Below, one piece after another: positions 17,630 to 18,344 of a stretch of 18,344 bases of DNA; within the stretch, counting starts at the first letter, position 1, and each line of letters begins with the position of its first letter. Made by a program: the position numbers and the translations under genes. The notes beneath the pieces were generated by a model that searched no databases, was not told where the DNA came from, and saw only the letters and a program-made list of their open reading frames with translations. The stretch covers positions 1-18,344 of the forward strand of contig JBMFHL010000013.1 in assembly GCA_049976845.1 (NCBI GenBank), given 5' to 3'. Source of the DNA: Candidatus Micrarchaeia archaeon. GTDB taxonomy: Archaea; Micrarchaeota; Micrarchaeia; Micrarchaeales; CABMGC01.

Positions 17630-18280
17630 ATGATGGTGGGCAATCCTTCTGAGGCAACATTAAAAGATAATAAAGCATCTGCAGCCACTGTGATACAGAG
17701 CCAGGGCGTGGAAGAGAAAGCAAAAACAATGATAACCGAGAGGGTAAACTCCATGCTGGAGCTGGTTTCTGATACCAGTAAGCTGAAGTCTGTGCTCCAG
17801 AAATCGGGCACAAGCGCCTTCAATTCAAATTATATCGCACTCTATGTGGCAGCCCAGAAGCTGAACAATCCAGAGGTGCAGGAAAACCTCAGAAAGATTA
17901 ACGAATCAATAGAAAAGGCAGCGCAAGAGCTAGGGTATACAACCTCAGCTTATTCGACAGAAAAATTGGCGGCAATGAGCTACAAAGAATTGCAAGTGGC
18001 GCTAAAAGCAGAATTTGGATACATACCTGACGTTTTCAAAAATGTCGACATCGAAACAATTAAGATGTTTCCATCAATTTTTATCTGTTGGGATTTGAAT
18101 GGTATTACCCATGCCGTGTTCTTCTTGTGGTACCTTGGATATGCTGCGTTTGGATTGTTTCTGCGAAGTTTAAGGAATGATTTTATCGCACCTTCAACTT
18201 TCTGCAACACTGCCTGTGCCGTCTGGGAAGGCAGCAATGCGTACAGTGCGTTGCCTTTTAGGATATTGCAGAGGTCATAG
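17630..18280 (+). CDS. hypothetical helical protein, apparently truncated near 18030-18050 and reading on into antisense tnpB sequence
   Basis: TTTTTATA (17594-17601) and SD GGTGA (17624-17628) support ATG 17630/17633 rather than 17516. Composition changes abruptly after ...FGYIPDVFKN, where the opposite strand becomes TnpB-like. Confidence 0.6.
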   Translation: MMVGNPSEATLKDNKASAATVIQSQGVEEKAKTMITERVNSMLELVSDTSKLKSVLQKSGTSAFNSNYIALYVAAQKLNNPEVQENLRKINESIEKAAQELGYTTSAYSTEKLAAMSYKELQVALKAEFGYIPDVFKNVDIETIKMFPSIFICWDLNGITHAVFFLWYLGYAAFGLFLRSLRNDFIAPSTFCNTACAVWEGSNAYSALPFRILQRS

Positions 18281-18344
18281 TAGAAGTAGAATTTTTTTCT
18301 CCTTCTTGTATCTTTGTGCGCTTTCATACAGCGCGGAATTGTAC
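18030..18344 (-). pseudogene. tnpB: IS200/IS605-family TnpB N-terminal fragment, frameshifted and 3'-truncated; 5' end lies outside the window
   Basis: Joining two frames gives YNSALYESAQRYKKEKK/FYFYYDLCNILKGNALYALLPSQTAQAVLQKVEGAIKSFLKLRR.....AYPRYHKK....IPFKSQQIKIDGNILIVSMS. This matches the TnpB YN.ALY, Y..L.SQ..Q..L and P.Y.K pattern. There is one extra A in an A7 run (18292-18298), and no RuvC or Zn finger follows. Confidence 0.82.

Noticed and set aside
18030..18344. Possible Cas12f/Cas14 effector or CRISPR locus
   Set aside because: There is no repeat-spacer array or cas gene in the window, and the motifs fit ordinary IS200/IS605 TnpB. The neighbouring window should still be checked.
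1..18344. tRNA, rRNA or SRP RNA genes
   Set aside because: GGTTCG-like words occur only inside CDSs, and no spacer showed a cloverleaf or SRP helix 8 motif on visual inspection.

Overview
This is an archaeal chromosomal window: TATA-box promoters, GGTGA/GAGGT Shine-Dalgarno sites, leaderless starts and heavy ATA/AGG codon use. Gene content suggests an acidophile, possibly a Micrarchaeota-like DPANN archaeon (inference only). In order it holds: a P3A proton-exporting P-type ATPase; a small orphan; a DUF4870 membrane protein; an orphan with a possible OB fold and a C-terminal PIP-box-like motif; an Mrp/ApbC ATPase lacking its CxxC motif; a 339-aa orphan; a four-subunit 2-oxoacid (pyruvate):ferredoxin oxidoreductase operon (gamma-delta-alpha-beta); a PadR / ABC-2 exporter / COG1361 surface glycoprotein operon with a palindromic operator; a B12-binding radical SAM enzyme resembling GDGT ring synthases; a tandem Ig-like protein and malic enzyme on the minus strand; and two helical orphans. 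The last orphan runs tail-to-tail into a frameshifted, truncated IS200/IS605 tnpB fragment at the right edge. I found no tRNA, rRNA or CRISPR array. All family calls come from motif recognition, with no database search.
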